DNA from: an uncultured Mycoplasmatota bacterium
Lineage (GTDB): Bacteria; Bacillota_I; Bacilli_A; RF39; UBA660
DNA length: 64,000 nt
NCBI GenBank assembly: GCA_900549285.1
Contig: URNW01000002.1
Coordinates: 15,450 to 79,449 of the forward strand
Direction of reading: 5' to 3'
Below the pieces are notes generated by a model that searched no databases, had not been told where the DNA came from, and saw nothing but the letters and a program-made list of their open reading frames with translations. The translations under genes were made by a program, and so were the position numbers. Positions within the stretch are counted from its first letter, which is position 1. Every line of letters begins with the position of its first letter. Positions 48,350 through 58,305 of this stretch are shown here, piece after piece.

Positions 48350-48799
48350 TTGAAAATTTATATCGGTAGTGATCACAGAGGGGTAGATTTAAAAGAAAAG
48401 ATTATTAAGTACTTAAAAGAAAATGAACTAGATATAGAGGATATTGGTATACCTAATACTTCTATGGATGATTATCCTGTATTTGCTTTTTTATTAGGAG
48501 AAAAGGTTCGAGACAATAAGGGCTCTTTAGGAATTTTAATTTGTGGGTCAGGTGTAGGTATGAGTATCGCTGCTAATAAAGTGAAAGGGATTCGCTGTGT
48601 TAGAGCCGTTAGTGTTGATGATGCTTTTCAAGGAAAGAATCATAATGGAGCTAATGTGATTGCACTTGGTAGTGATGTAACAACTGATTTTAATCAAGTA
48701 AGAGAGATCATTGATACTTTTATTACTACAAAGGCACCTTGTGAAGAAAGACATTTAAAAAGAGTGCAAGCTATAAGAATGTATGAGGATGAACATTAA
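48350..48799 (+). CDS. rpiB: ribose-5-phosphate isomerase B
   Basis: IGSDHRG and ICGSGVGMSIAANK motifs. TTG start behind GGTGA. Confidence 0.9.
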   Translation: MKIYIGSDHRGVDLKEKIIKYLKENELDIEDIGIPNTSMDDYPVFAFLLGEKVRDNKGSLGILICGSGVGMSIAANKVKGIRCVRAVSVDDAFQGKNHNGANVIALGSDVTTDFNQVREIIDTFITTKAPCEERHLKRVQAIRMYEDEH

Positions 48800-48981
48800 T
48801 GGGAATGGATATTTATCTATATGTATTTTTTACTTTATTTTCTATTTTTATTTTAAATGGAATAAATTGGGAGATGTTTATGAAAAGTGGAAAAGTAATA
48901 GAAGCTAAGTTACTGGTTTTAACTTTAAGTTTTGCACTTTCTTATTTACTTACTAATTTTGTTCTAGCTTTTATTAATTAG
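48799..48981 (+). CDS. small two-TM membrane protein (DUF1146/YwzB-like)
   Basis: 60-aa hydrophobic ORF whose start overlaps the rpiB stop. The family assignment is tentative. Confidence 0.4.
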   Translation: MGMDIYLYVFFTLFSIFILNGINWEMFMKSGKVIEAKLLVLTLSFALSYLLTNFVLAFIN

Positions 48982-48990
48982 CAGTATTTA

Positions 48991-49045
48991 CAGGCAAACA
49001 AAAAGGAGCATTTGCTCCTCTAAAGTTTGTCTGTTTTTGTTTTTG
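48991..49045. terminator. bidirectional terminator between convergent genes
   Basis: CAGGCAAAC...GGAGCatttGCTCC...GTTTGTCTG nested hairpin with T-runs on both strands. Confidence 0.55.
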
Positions 49046-49053
49046 AAAAAAAA

Positions 49054-50349
49054 TTAAATTTCGTATGGTGTTGAAGCTGATCCATTTCCTGATTTTATTG
49101 CTACATTACTTGAGATGTTGATAACTGGACGGACACCAATTGTGCCATTAATGTAGATTTCTAACGAGCTACTTTCAGATACATAAAACATGTAAGCAAT
49201 ACTTGATTTCGTAGACAGACAAGCTGGAGACAAGGTCCAATAATCTTTACTTGTATATAGATAATAACTTTGATTAGTTTGTCCATATACTCCTCCAGCA
49301 AAAGCTACTTCATCTGCTGTTATTAATCCTACTGGATTAGATAATGCTTTATTTCCTTTACTACTTTCACTTACTGTATATAAATCACTACTATTCTTAC
49401 ATTTTAATGTTGGAGATTTTGTATTATTTACTAATCTGATATATCCTCCGTAGTATGTTTCTGTTGTTCCTGTTCCTCCTGTGCCATTACTTGTTGATGA
49501 ACTTGTACTTGGCTCCCGATCACCACAAAATCCTGCTTCTGTACTTACTTTACTTCCATGCCCTTTATTTGCTATATTAGTTTGATACCAACTATCTAAT
49601 ACGCCTTTGATTGTACTACTGCTTCCAAGTCCATGAACTTGATAATTTGTGTACATATATCCTACATACATGTTATTATTGTAAGAATTATTAAATACAC
49701 TTGTACTTATTTGTGTGTTTGTTCCAGTTGTAGCTGTACTTGTTCCATTATAGATTAATCTAATAGATCCATCTCCATTAATTCTGATAATCCTCCAGTA
49801 GTATCCTGCAAATTTTACCCAGTTATTAGTTACTGCCCCTCTAAAGTAATAACTATCTCCCCAGTCATCCTCTGCTTTATATACTCCATCATTCGTTGTT
49901 GCTACGCTTGCAAAATTTGGATTTTCACTATTGATTTGATTATCTCTCTTGATAGCATCTGCTAATAATATTTTTTGTTCATCAAAATACAAATAACATT
50001 TTGTCCCTTTCTTAGTCATTGGTGTTACAGTTAAAGTTTTGCTTTCACTATCATAACTTAACTTAATATTATTATCTTTTTCATTATTTATTGTACAATA
50101 AGATTCACTCGTTAACTCATAATTTCCATCAGGTAAAGTATCGACTTCTCTTCCATCTACTTTTATTGCTACTATATTTAAATCAGCTAAACTATAATTA
50201 ATGGTTCCATTCACAAGTGGGATAGACTCTGTATTTTTAAATTTTGCTCTAGTAAAAGTTAAAATAATTGCACTAATAATCGCTACTAATACCACAGCTA
50301 TTACAATATTTCTTGTTAAATGGCTTTTCTTTAAAGTTTCTATTTCCAT
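49054..50349 (-). CDS. membrane-anchored surface protein, undiversified paralog of 10570..11922
   Basis: Same architecture and a highly similar core (YYFRGAVTNNWVKFAGYYWRIIRINGDGSIRLIYNGTSTATTGT). The C-terminal module YWTLSPACLSTKSSIAYMFYVSESSSLEIYINGTIGVRPVINI is AT-rich with no TR-like flanks. Start at MEIETLKK behind GAGGGAAAGG. Confidence 0.75.
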   Translation of the reverse strand: MEIETLKKSHLTRNIVIAVVLVAIISAIILTFTRAKFKNTESIPLVNGTINYSLADLNIVAIKVDGREVDTLPDGNYELTSESYCTINNEKDNNIKLSYDSESKTLTVTPMTKKGTKCYLYFDEQKILLADAIKRDNQINSENPNFASVATTNDGVYKAEDDWGDSYYFRGAVTNNWVKFAGYYWRIIRINGDGSIRLIYNGTSTATTGTNTQISTSVFNNSYNNNMYVGYMYTNYQVHGLGSSSTIKGVLDSWYQTNIANKGHGSKVSTEAGFCGDREPSTSSSTSNGTGGTGTTETYYGGYIRLVNNTKSPTLKCKNSSDLYTVSESSKGNKALSNPVGLITADEVAFAGGVYGQTNQSYYLYTSKDYWTLSPACLSTKSSIAYMFYVSESSSLEIYINGTIGVRPVINISSNVAIKSGNGSASTPYEI

Positions 50350-50798
50350 CCTTTCCCTCTTTTCTTGTGAATCATAACATACTTTTAGACTTATTACATG
50401 CAATTCGACAAAATTTTTCAAAACTTGTCAATATTATTATCGTATAATTATCTATGTTATATTTCTAGTATACATTATTATTGAGTATTAATCAACAATA
50501 ATGTTACTATTTTGGTATTTGAATTATTTTTAAATAAAAATATAAAGTTTACTAATCCTATTGATTTGATAGATGAAATATTATTAAAGGTTAACGGAAA
50601 GCTATCGATTTTACTAATGAAATTAATTAAATTAGCCATTTGCTTTTTTTCTTTCTTTTTTATATAGTGATGTTAGAAAGGAAGGAAAAGAAATGTTATG
50701 AATTATTTATTACATTAGAGAAATGATAAAATATTGAATAAATTTTCTATTATGTATGATTTGAAAAATTAAGTTTTTATTATGGGGAGGGTTATAAG

Positions 50799-51743
50799 AT
50801 GAAAAATGAAATAATTATTTTTGAAAATCAAAGTGTTAAATTAGAGGTAAATATAAAGGATGAGACTGTGTGGTTAAATAGGCAAGAATTAGCTATGTTA
50901 TTTGATAGAGATATTAAAACTATTGGTAAGCATATTAATAATGCTTTAAATGAAGAATTAAAAGATATTCCAACTGTCGCAAAATTTGCGATAGTTCAAA
51001 AAGAAGGATCAAGAGAAGTAACTAGAAAAGTTGAATATTATAATTTAGATATGATATTGAGTGTTGGATATAGAGTTAAATCAGATAAAGGCATTATTTT
51101 TAGAAGATGGGCAAATAATGTTTTAAAAGATTACATGATTAAGGGTTATGCAATTAATGAGAAAAGATTAGAATGTTTAGAAAAGACAGTTAAATTAATA
51201 GAGATTGCAAATAGAATTGATGAGAAGTTAGATAATAGTGATGCAAAAGAAATCTTAAAGGTGATAGGTACTTATTCTAAAGCTTTAGACTTATTAGATA
51301 ATTATGATCATAAAGTTTTATCTAAACCTAAAGGAAATAATAGTGATAGTAAGATTAAATATGAAGATTGTTTAGATATTATTAATAAATTGAGATTTAA
51401 TGAGGAAAGTAATTTATTTGCTTTAGAAAGAAATAAAGGATTAGAGGGAATAATAGGAAATATTTATCAAACATTTGATGGTAAATATGTATATGAAAGT
51501 ATTGAAGAGAAAGCTGCAAATTTTTTATATATGATTGTCAAGAATCATGTGTTTATTGATGGTAATAAAAGAATTGCTGCTACTTTGTTTATTTATTTTT
51601 TAAATTATTATCAAATTTTATATAAAGATCATAATCAAGTTATTGATAATAATACTTTAGTAGCTTTGACTTTACTTATTGCTGAATCTAATCCTAAAGA
51701 AAAGGAAATTATTATTGATTTAGTTATGAATTTTTTGAATTAA
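50799..51743 (+). CDS. RhuM-family protein fused to Fic/Doc (death-on-curing-like) domain
   Basis: N-terminal RhuM pattern (VWLNRQELAMLFDRDIKTIGKHI...YYNLDMILSVGYRVKSDKGIIFRRWAN). The C-terminus carries the Doc-type motif HVFIDGNKRIA. Confidence 0.75.
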   Translation: MKNEIIIFENQSVKLEVNIKDETVWLNRQELAMLFDRDIKTIGKHINNALNEELKDIPTVAKFAIVQKEGSREVTRKVEYYNLDMILSVGYRVKSDKGIIFRRWANNVLKDYMIKGYAINEKRLECLEKTVKLIEIANRIDEKLDNSDAKEILKVIGTYSKALDLLDNYDHKVLSKPKGNNSDSKIKYEDCLDIINKLRFNEESNLFALERNKGLEGIIGNIYQTFDGKYVYESIEEKAANFLYMIVKNHVFIDGNKRIAATLFIYFLNYYQILYKDHNQVIDNNTLVALTLLIAESNPKEKEIIIDLVMNFLN

Positions 51744-51764
51744 TGGATTGAAAATAAAAAAACT

Positions 51765-52490
51765 TTATGTTTCAATGAACATAAAGCGATCAAAATTATT
51801 ATAATCTTTTTCAATTATTATGTTAGCTTTTGGATAAGTGCTTAAAGCTATTTTTTTTATTTCGTCTCCTAAAGTTGCACCGATTTCAAAGATAATAATT
51901 CCTTTTTTATTTAGTAAGTGAGGAGCTATTTCAATTATTTTTTTATAAAATTCTAAGCCATTTTCTTTAGCATATAAAGCAATAGACGGTTCATATTTTG
52001 TTTCAGGGGAGGTGTATTCATTTTCTTTTACATAGGGAGGATTAGATATAATAAAATCATATTTTCCTTTTAATTTATCATTTAAAATATCCTTTTTGAA
52101 AAAGAAAACATCAACAGTATTTTCTAAAGCATTTTTTTTAGCTATTTTTAAAGCTGGCTTACTAATATCACAGGCATCTATTTTTATATCCAGATTTTTT
52201 TTTAAAGCGATTGCTATTGCTCCACTTCCTGTACATAAATCAATTCCTGTTTTTATATTTTTCTTTTTTAATAACTTAATTGCTTTTTCAACTAAATATT
52301 CTGTTTCATATCTAGGAATTAAAACATTTTCATCTACAAAAATTTTACAATTATAAAAATCTACATATCCAATTAAGTATTGAATTGGATAATTTCTTTT
52401 TAACTTTTCTTTGGCTTCTTTAATATTTCCTTTATAACTCTCTAATAATTCTTTTAATTCAGCTGTGCCGATTTTATTCAAAAGATTCAC
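51765..52490 (-). CDS. prmC: release factor glutamine methyltransferase
   Basis: DLCTGSGAIA SAM loop and NPPY (ISNPPYV). Overlaps the prfA stop. Confidence 0.9.
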   Translation of the reverse strand: MNLLNKIGTAELKELLESYKGNIKEAKEKLKRNYPIQYLIGYVDFYNCKIFVDENVLIPRYETEYLVEKAIKLLKKKNIKTGIDLCTGSGAIAIALKKNLDIKIDACDISKPALKIAKKNALENTVDVFFFKKDILNDKLKGKYDFIISNPPYVKENEYTSPETKYEPSIALYAKENGLEFYKKIIEIAPHLLNKKGIIIFEIGATLGDEIKKIALSTYPKANIIIEKDYNNFDRFMFIET

Positions 52491-53538
52491 CTGCTAATTT
52501 AAGTCTTAAATCTTCTGTTTGAAGAGCTTCAATAATTGGTTCTAATTCACCATCCATTACTCTATCTAGACTCATGATAGAAAAATTTATGCGGTGATCT
52601 GTTACACGATTTTGAGGATAATTATATGTTCTTATTTTTTCACTTCTATCTCCTGATCCAATTTTACTTTTTCGCTCATTTCCTAATTCTTTTTCTTCTT
52701 TTTGACGAATTTCATCTTGAATTTTAATTTTTAATAATTCCATTGCTCTATCTCGGTTGCGTAATTGGCTACGTTCTGTTTGACAAGTTACAACAACGCC
52801 TGTTGGAATATGTGTGAGTCTTACTGCTGAGTTTGCAGTATTAACTGATTGTCCACCTGCTCCACTAGAGTGATAAACATCCATTTTAATATCACTTTCT
52901 TTGATGTCTATATTTGTAGTTTCTACTTCTGGCATTACTAAAACGGTAGCAGTTGAAGTATGTACTCTTCCTTGTGTTTCTGTTACTGGTACTCTTTGAA
53001 CACGGTGAGAACCACTTTCATATTTTAGCTTTTTATAAACATTTTCCCCTTTAATTAATATTTCTACTTGAGAGTAGCCACCACTTGTTCCTTCTACACT
53101 ATGTAATTCTTCAATTTTCCATCCGTTTTTTTCTGCATAATAAGAATACATGCGGTATAAGTCTCCTGCAAAAATGTTGGCTTCATCTCCTCCAGCAGCC
53201 CCTCTAATTTCCATAATGATATTTTTTCCATCATATTCATCTTTTGGAACTAGTAATATTTCTAATTCCTTGGTTATTTTTTCTAGTTTCTCTTTTAATG
53301 CATCTAGTTCTTCTTTAGCTACTTCTTTTAATTCTTCATCTTTCATTAAAATTTTAGCATCTTCTATTTCTTTTAATGTATTTTTGTATTCATCATATTT
53401 TTTTACAGTTTCTTCTAAATCACTAGATTCTTTTGATAATGCTCTAATTTTGTTATAATCATTCATATTTTCAGGATTTGTTAAATCACGTTGTAATTCA
53501 TTATATTTATTTACAATTGCATCTAGTCTTTCAAACAT
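52474..53538 (-). CDS. prfA: peptide chain release factor 1
   Basis: GGQ motif (SGAGGQSVN) and the RF1-type PVT tripeptide. Start moved to MFERLDAI. Confidence 0.95.
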   Translation of the reverse strand: MFERLDAIVNKYNELQRDLTNPENMNDYNKIRALSKESSDLEETVKKYDEYKNTLKEIEDAKILMKDEELKEVAKEELDALKEKLEKITKELEILLVPKDEYDGKNIIMEIRGAAGGDEANIFAGDLYRMYSYYAEKNGWKIEELHSVEGTSGGYSQVEILIKGENVYKKLKYESGSHRVQRVPVTETQGRVHTSTATVLVMPEVETTNIDIKESDIKMDVYHSSGAGGQSVNTANSAVRLTHIPTGVVVTCQTERSQLRNRDRAMELLKIKIQDEIRQKEEKELGNERKSKIGSGDRSEKIRTYNYPQNRVTDHRINFSIMSLDRVMDGELEPIIEALQTEDLRLKLAGESFE

Positions 53539-53592
53539 TAAAATCTTTCCTTTCTTTCCTATTATATCAATAAATAAAGAGAAAAACAAACA

Positions 53593-54039
53593 TTAACTGT
53601 TTGCTTCATCTTCATCTACATCAATTACTACTAAATCTTCTAAATCATCATCAGGTAGATCATCATCTGTATCTGTATCATAAAAGATATCCTTTTCACT
53701 TTCTTCTTCCATTATATCTTCTTCATTTATTTCATCATTTTCATTTAGAAGTGGCTCATCATCATCTTCATCATCAACAATTACTTTAGGATTATGAAGT
53801 TCTTTTAAATCCCAATAGCCATCTTCTAACATAATAAATCTTTTATTGGTTGTTAAAAGTTCAAAAAAGTCTGCTATTTTTTCTTCAAAAATATGGTCAG
53901 GTAATTCTAAAGCATTACATACTTTTTGAAACAATTCATTAATTTTCATTTTTTGCTTTTCTTCACTTAAAATGATGTAAGCAATGTCGTCGTAATTCAT
54001 GGTTTCGAGTTCTTCTTTTGGTATATCTTTTAATTTCAT
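53593..54039 (-). CDS. rpoE: DNA-directed RNA polymerase subunit delta
   Basis: HARE-HTH-like N-terminal domain plus a long Asp/Glu-rich tail, as in Firmicute RpoE. Confidence 0.85.
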   Translation of the reverse strand: MKLKDIPKEELETMNYDDIAYIILSEEKQKMKINELFQKVCNALELPDHIFEEKIADFFELLTTNKRFIMLEDGYWDLKELHNPKVIVDDEDDDEPLLNENDEINEEDIMEEESEKDIFYDTDTDDDLPDDDLEDLVVIDVDEDEANS

Positions 54040-54140
54040 AAATATCTCCTTCGTTCGTAAACATTATATGACTCAACTTCTTATATGTGATTAAGTCTTT
54101 GTAATTGTAATATGGATTATATTATTTGTCAATTCTTAAT

Positions 54141-55886
54141 TTACATTTTTTCAGGAATATTTATACCTAATATTTTTAATAGGTATTGATTGTTATCAAA
54201 AATTAGTTTTGTTAAGGCTAGCCATGAAGATCTTGTTTCTAAATTTTTCTCTGTTAGTATTTTATTTTCTGCATAAAAATTATTATATAGATTCGTTATT
54301 TTATATAAATATTCACATATTTCATTTAATGAACAATTTTCATAACTTCTTTTAATAATTTTCTTTAAGTCTAACATAGTTATGATAATTTTTCTTTCAG
54401 TTTCTGTTTTTAGACTTATTATATTTTTATAATCAATATTAGCTTCTTTGGCTTTCTTTAACAATGAATTCATTCTTACACATGAATATAATAAATAAGT
54501 TCCTGTTTTTCCATTTAGATCAGTAAATTTTTCGATATCAAAATTGTAATCCGTTGTTCTAAATGGAAGCAGGTCAGCATATTTAATTGCCGCGGTAGCA
54601 ATTGTTTTAGCAATTTCTTGTCTATTTTCAGTAATATTTTCCATTAATCTTTTTTTGCACTCTTCTGTTACACTTTCTAAAAGGTTTGATAGAGGCATTA
54701 CTCCTCCATCTCTTGTTTTAAAAGGCTTGCCATCAGGTCCATTCATGGTACCAAAGCCATTAAAGATTAACTTTGTTTTTTCATTTATCATTTTACTTTT
54801 ATAAGCCGCTCTAAATACTTGAGTGAAGTGTAAGTCTTGACGTTTATCTACTATGTACCATATTTCATCTGGATTAAATTTTTTCATTCTTTCCCAAATA
54901 GCTGCTAAATCTGTTGCTTCATATGATACGGCTTTATTACTTTTTACTAAAATTAAAGGTGGCATTTCTAATTTATCTTGTTCTTCTTTTATATCAATTA
55001 CTTCTGCTCCATTACTTTTAGTAATTATATTTTGACTATATAAGTAATTGAAAAGTTCATCCATGTATTCAAAATTATCAGATTCGCCTTCCCATAAATC
55101 AAAATCTACATTTAAGTCTTGATAAATGCTTTTTATTTCATTCACACTTATTTTTACAATTTTTTTCCATAAAGCATAATATCCTTTTTGTTTGTTTTGA
55201 AGCTCTAAATTAATTTTTCTTGCTTCTTCCATAATTTCTTCATTTTCTTTGGCCTTTATTGTTGCTGTTGGATAAAGTTCTATTAAATCTTCATTTGTTA
55301 AATTGAAATCTACCTCTTCTCCATCATAATCTTCTTTAAAGTAGGCTAAGTCGGGATATCTTGTTTTAATTTCAAGGATTACCATTCCCATAGGTCTACC
55401 CCAATCCCCTAAATGAATATCACTAATTGTAGTTGCACCAACACTTTTACAAAGATTATTTAGTGCTTGGCCTATGTTTGCACTTCTTAGATGACCTACG
55501 TGAAGTACTTTGGCAACATTTGGACCGCCATAATCTAGAAATATTGTTTTTTTAATTCCTAAATTATAATTTGAAGTAATATTTTCTAAAGAATTATTCG
55601 CAAAGTTTATTAAAAATTCATCACTTAATTTTATGTTTATAAATCCTGGTGGGGCTACATTTATTTCTTTAAATTCTTTAAAATCTTTTAGTAATAGTAC
55701 TATTTTATTTGCAATATTTATAGGATTATCATGATATATTTTAGCTAATTTCATAGCATCATTATATTGGTAATCACTTAAATCAGGTCTATTAGATGGA
55801 TTTAATGTTACTTCTTCTATTGGATAATTATTATCTTGTAAAATCTTTTTTATTTTTTTTTCTAGATCATGTATAGTATAATTCAT
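54141..55886 (-). CDS. argS: arginine--tRNA ligase
   Basis: 581 aa with HVGHLRS (HIGH-type) and a DALR-type anticodon-binding C-terminus. Confidence 0.93.
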   Translation of the reverse strand: MNYTIHDLEKKIKKILQDNNYPIEEVTLNPSNRPDLSDYQYNDAMKLAKIYHDNPINIANKIVLLLKDFKEFKEINVAPPGFINIKLSDEFLINFANNSLENITSNYNLGIKKTIFLDYGGPNVAKVLHVGHLRSANIGQALNNLCKSVGATTISDIHLGDWGRPMGMVILEIKTRYPDLAYFKEDYDGEEVDFNLTNEDLIELYPTATIKAKENEEIMEEARKINLELQNKQKGYYALWKKIVKISVNEIKSIYQDLNVDFDLWEGESDNFEYMDELFNYLYSQNIITKSNGAEVIDIKEEQDKLEMPPLILVKSNKAVSYEATDLAAIWERMKKFNPDEIWYIVDKRQDLHFTQVFRAAYKSKMINEKTKLIFNGFGTMNGPDGKPFKTRDGGVMPLSNLLESVTEECKKRLMENITENRQEIAKTIATAAIKYADLLPFRTTDYNFDIEKFTDLNGKTGTYLLYSCVRMNSLLKKAKEANIDYKNIISLKTETERKIIITMLDLKKIIKRSYENCSLNEICEYLYKITNLYNNFYAENKILTEKNLETRSSWLALTKLIFDNNQYLLKILGINIPEKM

Positions 55887-56227
55887 GATAAATCACTCAT
55901 TTCTATTTCTATTTTTAAGGTTTTTTCTTGACTTTCTAAACGATACTCTATTGTTATTTTATTATCTTTATTTTGAAAGTTATGTTTTTGGATGGGGATT
56001 TCTAATCTATGATTTAATTCTTTTAAAGTTAATATGGCTTTTTCTTTTTTTATGTTTAAAATGCTTTCTAAGTTTTCTTTTTCTAATGAATGGTCATTTA
56101 TGTCTATCTTAAATGAATCTGTTTCATTTTCATAAGTTAATATATTATCTTTAAAAGTTCCAAGTAAATTTTCTTTAAATAATAAAATTTCTTCTTCATA
56201 AGTATTTATTATTAGTTCTTTGTTCAT
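55883..56227 (-). CDS. DUF1934 (YwiB-like) protein
   Basis: 114-aa beta-rich ORF overlapping the argS start, as with the ywiB-argS pair in Bacillus. Confidence 0.6.
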   Translation of the reverse strand: MNKELIINTYEEEILLFKENLLGTFKDNILTYENETDSFKIDINDHSLEKENLESILNIKKEKAILTLKELNHRLEIPIQKHNFQNKDNKITIEYRLESQEKTLKIEIEMSDLS

Positions 56228-56321
56228 ACAATCACCAATTCCTATTCATTATACTAAAAATGAGGTAAAAATACAAATAAATTTTTCTTTTTTTAGCATA
56301 ATAAAATTGGGTGAATACGAC

Positions 56322-58274
56322 ATGCGAGTATTACGTTTCTGTTTTAAAATCTGTTTCTTTTTATTTCTTTCTTTTATAGTAATTATGATTGGCTTATATT
56401 TGTATGCTTATTTAAGCCCTAAATTAGAACTTAGAACAGCTGGACAATATTATATATATGATGGGAATGATGAGCTTGTTTATCAGGGGTCAAGTACTAG
56501 TGAGTGGGTTAGTTTGGAGGATATTAACTATAATTTAATAAATGCAGTTATTAGTGTGGAAGATAAAAATTTTTATCAACATCATGGGTTTGATTATTTA
56601 AGAATTGCTAGAGCTATGTATCTCAATATTAAAAATGGTAAGATTACGCAAGGAGCTTCTACGATTTCTCAACAGTATGTTAAAAATATTTTTTTAGATT
56701 TTAGTACTACTTGGAGTAGAAAGATAAAAGAAGCATTTTTAACGTTAGAATTAGAAGTCCATTATACAAAAGATGAAATATTAGAAGGATATTTAAATAC
56801 GATTAATTATGGGCAAGGTAATTTTGGTATAGGAAACGCTAGTCGATATTACTTTAATAAAGATCCTATTGATTTAACACTAGAAGAATCACTTATTTTA
56901 GCAGGGATTCCTAATAGTCCAGAAAATTATAATCCTGTTGCAAATTATGATTTGGCGATTAAAAGAGCTCTGATTGTTGCTCAAAGTATGGTTTTAAATG
57001 GTTATTTATCTCAAGAAGAATATGATTCTTTATTTCAAGATGAAATTTCCATTTATGGTAAATCATCTTTAGAAAATTTAGATATGCTTATGTATTATCA
57101 AGATGCTGTTATTGAAGAATTAAAAAGTATTCATACAATACCAGAAGAGTTATTACAAGCAGGAGGAATTAAAATATATACTTATCTAGATTTAGATGCT
57201 CAAAAAGACTTAGAAGAAAATATTCTTTCTTATTTATCAAATAGTGATTTACAGTCTGCAAGTGTTGTAATTGATCCTGATACAGGTGGGGTTATTGCTT
57301 TATCAGGAGGTGTAAGTTATGCGGAAAGTCAATATAATCGTGCAACACAAGCGAAAAGACAAGTTGGAAGTACTATGAAACCATTTTTGTATTATGGAGC
57401 TTTAGAAGAGGGAATGACTTCGGCTTCTACTTTTAATAGTCAATATACAACATTTACTCTAAGTAATGGAGATATTTATTCACCAAAGAATTATGGTTCT
57501 ATTTATGCTAATAAAGAAATTACTATGGCGGAGGCAATTGCAGTATCAGATAATGTTTATGCAGTTAAGACAAATATGTTTTTAGGAGCTTCAAAGTTAG
57601 TTGAAACTGCAAGTAAAGTAGGGATAGAAGCTCAATTAGAGCCCGTTGCTTCTCTTGCTTTAGGAACGAAAGAGATGAGTGTGTTGGATCTGGCTCGTGG
57701 GTATACTACTTTTGCAACAGGTGGATATAAAGAAGATATTGGCTTTATTAGAAAAATAGTAGATAGTGAAGGAAATATCTTATATGAAAAAGAAGAAGCT
57801 AAAGAATTGGTCTTAAATATGAATTATAATTATATTTTAACAGAAATGCTTACAGGAACAACTAATAGTCGCTTTAAAGATTATGCAAATCCTACCGCTC
57901 TAACGATTGCTTCTAAATTATCAAGAAAGTATGCTATAAAAACAGGGACAACGGATACAGATTTTTGGATTGCAGGTTATAATCCCGATATTGTTATGGT
58001 AACTTGGGTAGGAATGGATGATAATAGTCCTCTAAGTGCTAGTGATTCTTATATTTCAAAAAATATATGGGCTGAAACAGTTGAAGATATTTTAGCTGAT
58101 ACCGAAGAACATTGGTATGAGACGCCTTTAAATGTTGTTGGTGTTGTTTTAGATGCTGTAAGTGGTATTCCTACCAATGATACCTCAAAAGCTACTTTAT
58201 ATTATTTTGTTAAAGGAACTGAGGACGTGATCCAAACGGAGTATGTCTCTAAAGAGGAAGAAATAGAAGAATAA
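56322..58274 (+). CDS. class A penicillin-binding protein (glycosyltransferase + transpeptidase)
   Basis: GT51 motifs (EDKNFYQHHGFD, GASTISQQ), the transpeptidase STMKP and KTGTT. Start moved to MRVLRF before the TM helix. Confidence 0.9.
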   Translation: MRVLRFCFKICFFLFLSFIVIMIGLYLYAYLSPKLELRTAGQYYIYDGNDELVYQGSSTSEWVSLEDINYNLINAVISVEDKNFYQHHGFDYLRIARAMYLNIKNGKITQGASTISQQYVKNIFLDFSTTWSRKIKEAFLTLELEVHYTKDEILEGYLNTINYGQGNFGIGNASRYYFNKDPIDLTLEESLILAGIPNSPENYNPVANYDLAIKRALIVAQSMVLNGYLSQEEYDSLFQDEISIYGKSSLENLDMLMYYQDAVIEELKSIHTIPEELLQAGGIKIYTYLDLDAQKDLEENILSYLSNSDLQSASVVIDPDTGGVIALSGGVSYAESQYNRATQAKRQVGSTMKPFLYYGALEEGMTSASTFNSQYTTFTLSNGDIYSPKNYGSIYANKEITMAEAIAVSDNVYAVKTNMFLGASKLVETASKVGIEAQLEPVASLALGTKEMSVLDLARGYTTFATGGYKEDIGFIRKIVDSEGNILYEKEEAKELVLNMNYNYILTEMLTGTTNSRFKDYANPTALTIASKLSRKYAIKTGTTDTDFWIAGYNPDIVMVTWVGMDDNSPLSASDSYISKNIWAETVEDILADTEEHWYETPLNVVGVVLDAVSGIPTNDTSKATLYYFVKGTEDVIQTEYVSKEEEIEE

Positions 58275-58305
58275 AAAATGTTGGTAACTTTTTGGTTATC
58301 AACAT

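Noticed and set aside
53601-53789. His/Leu-rich 62-aa plus-strand ORF
   Set aside because: It is antisense to the Asp/Glu-rich tail of rpoE. It is a compositional artefact of GAT/GAA repeats.
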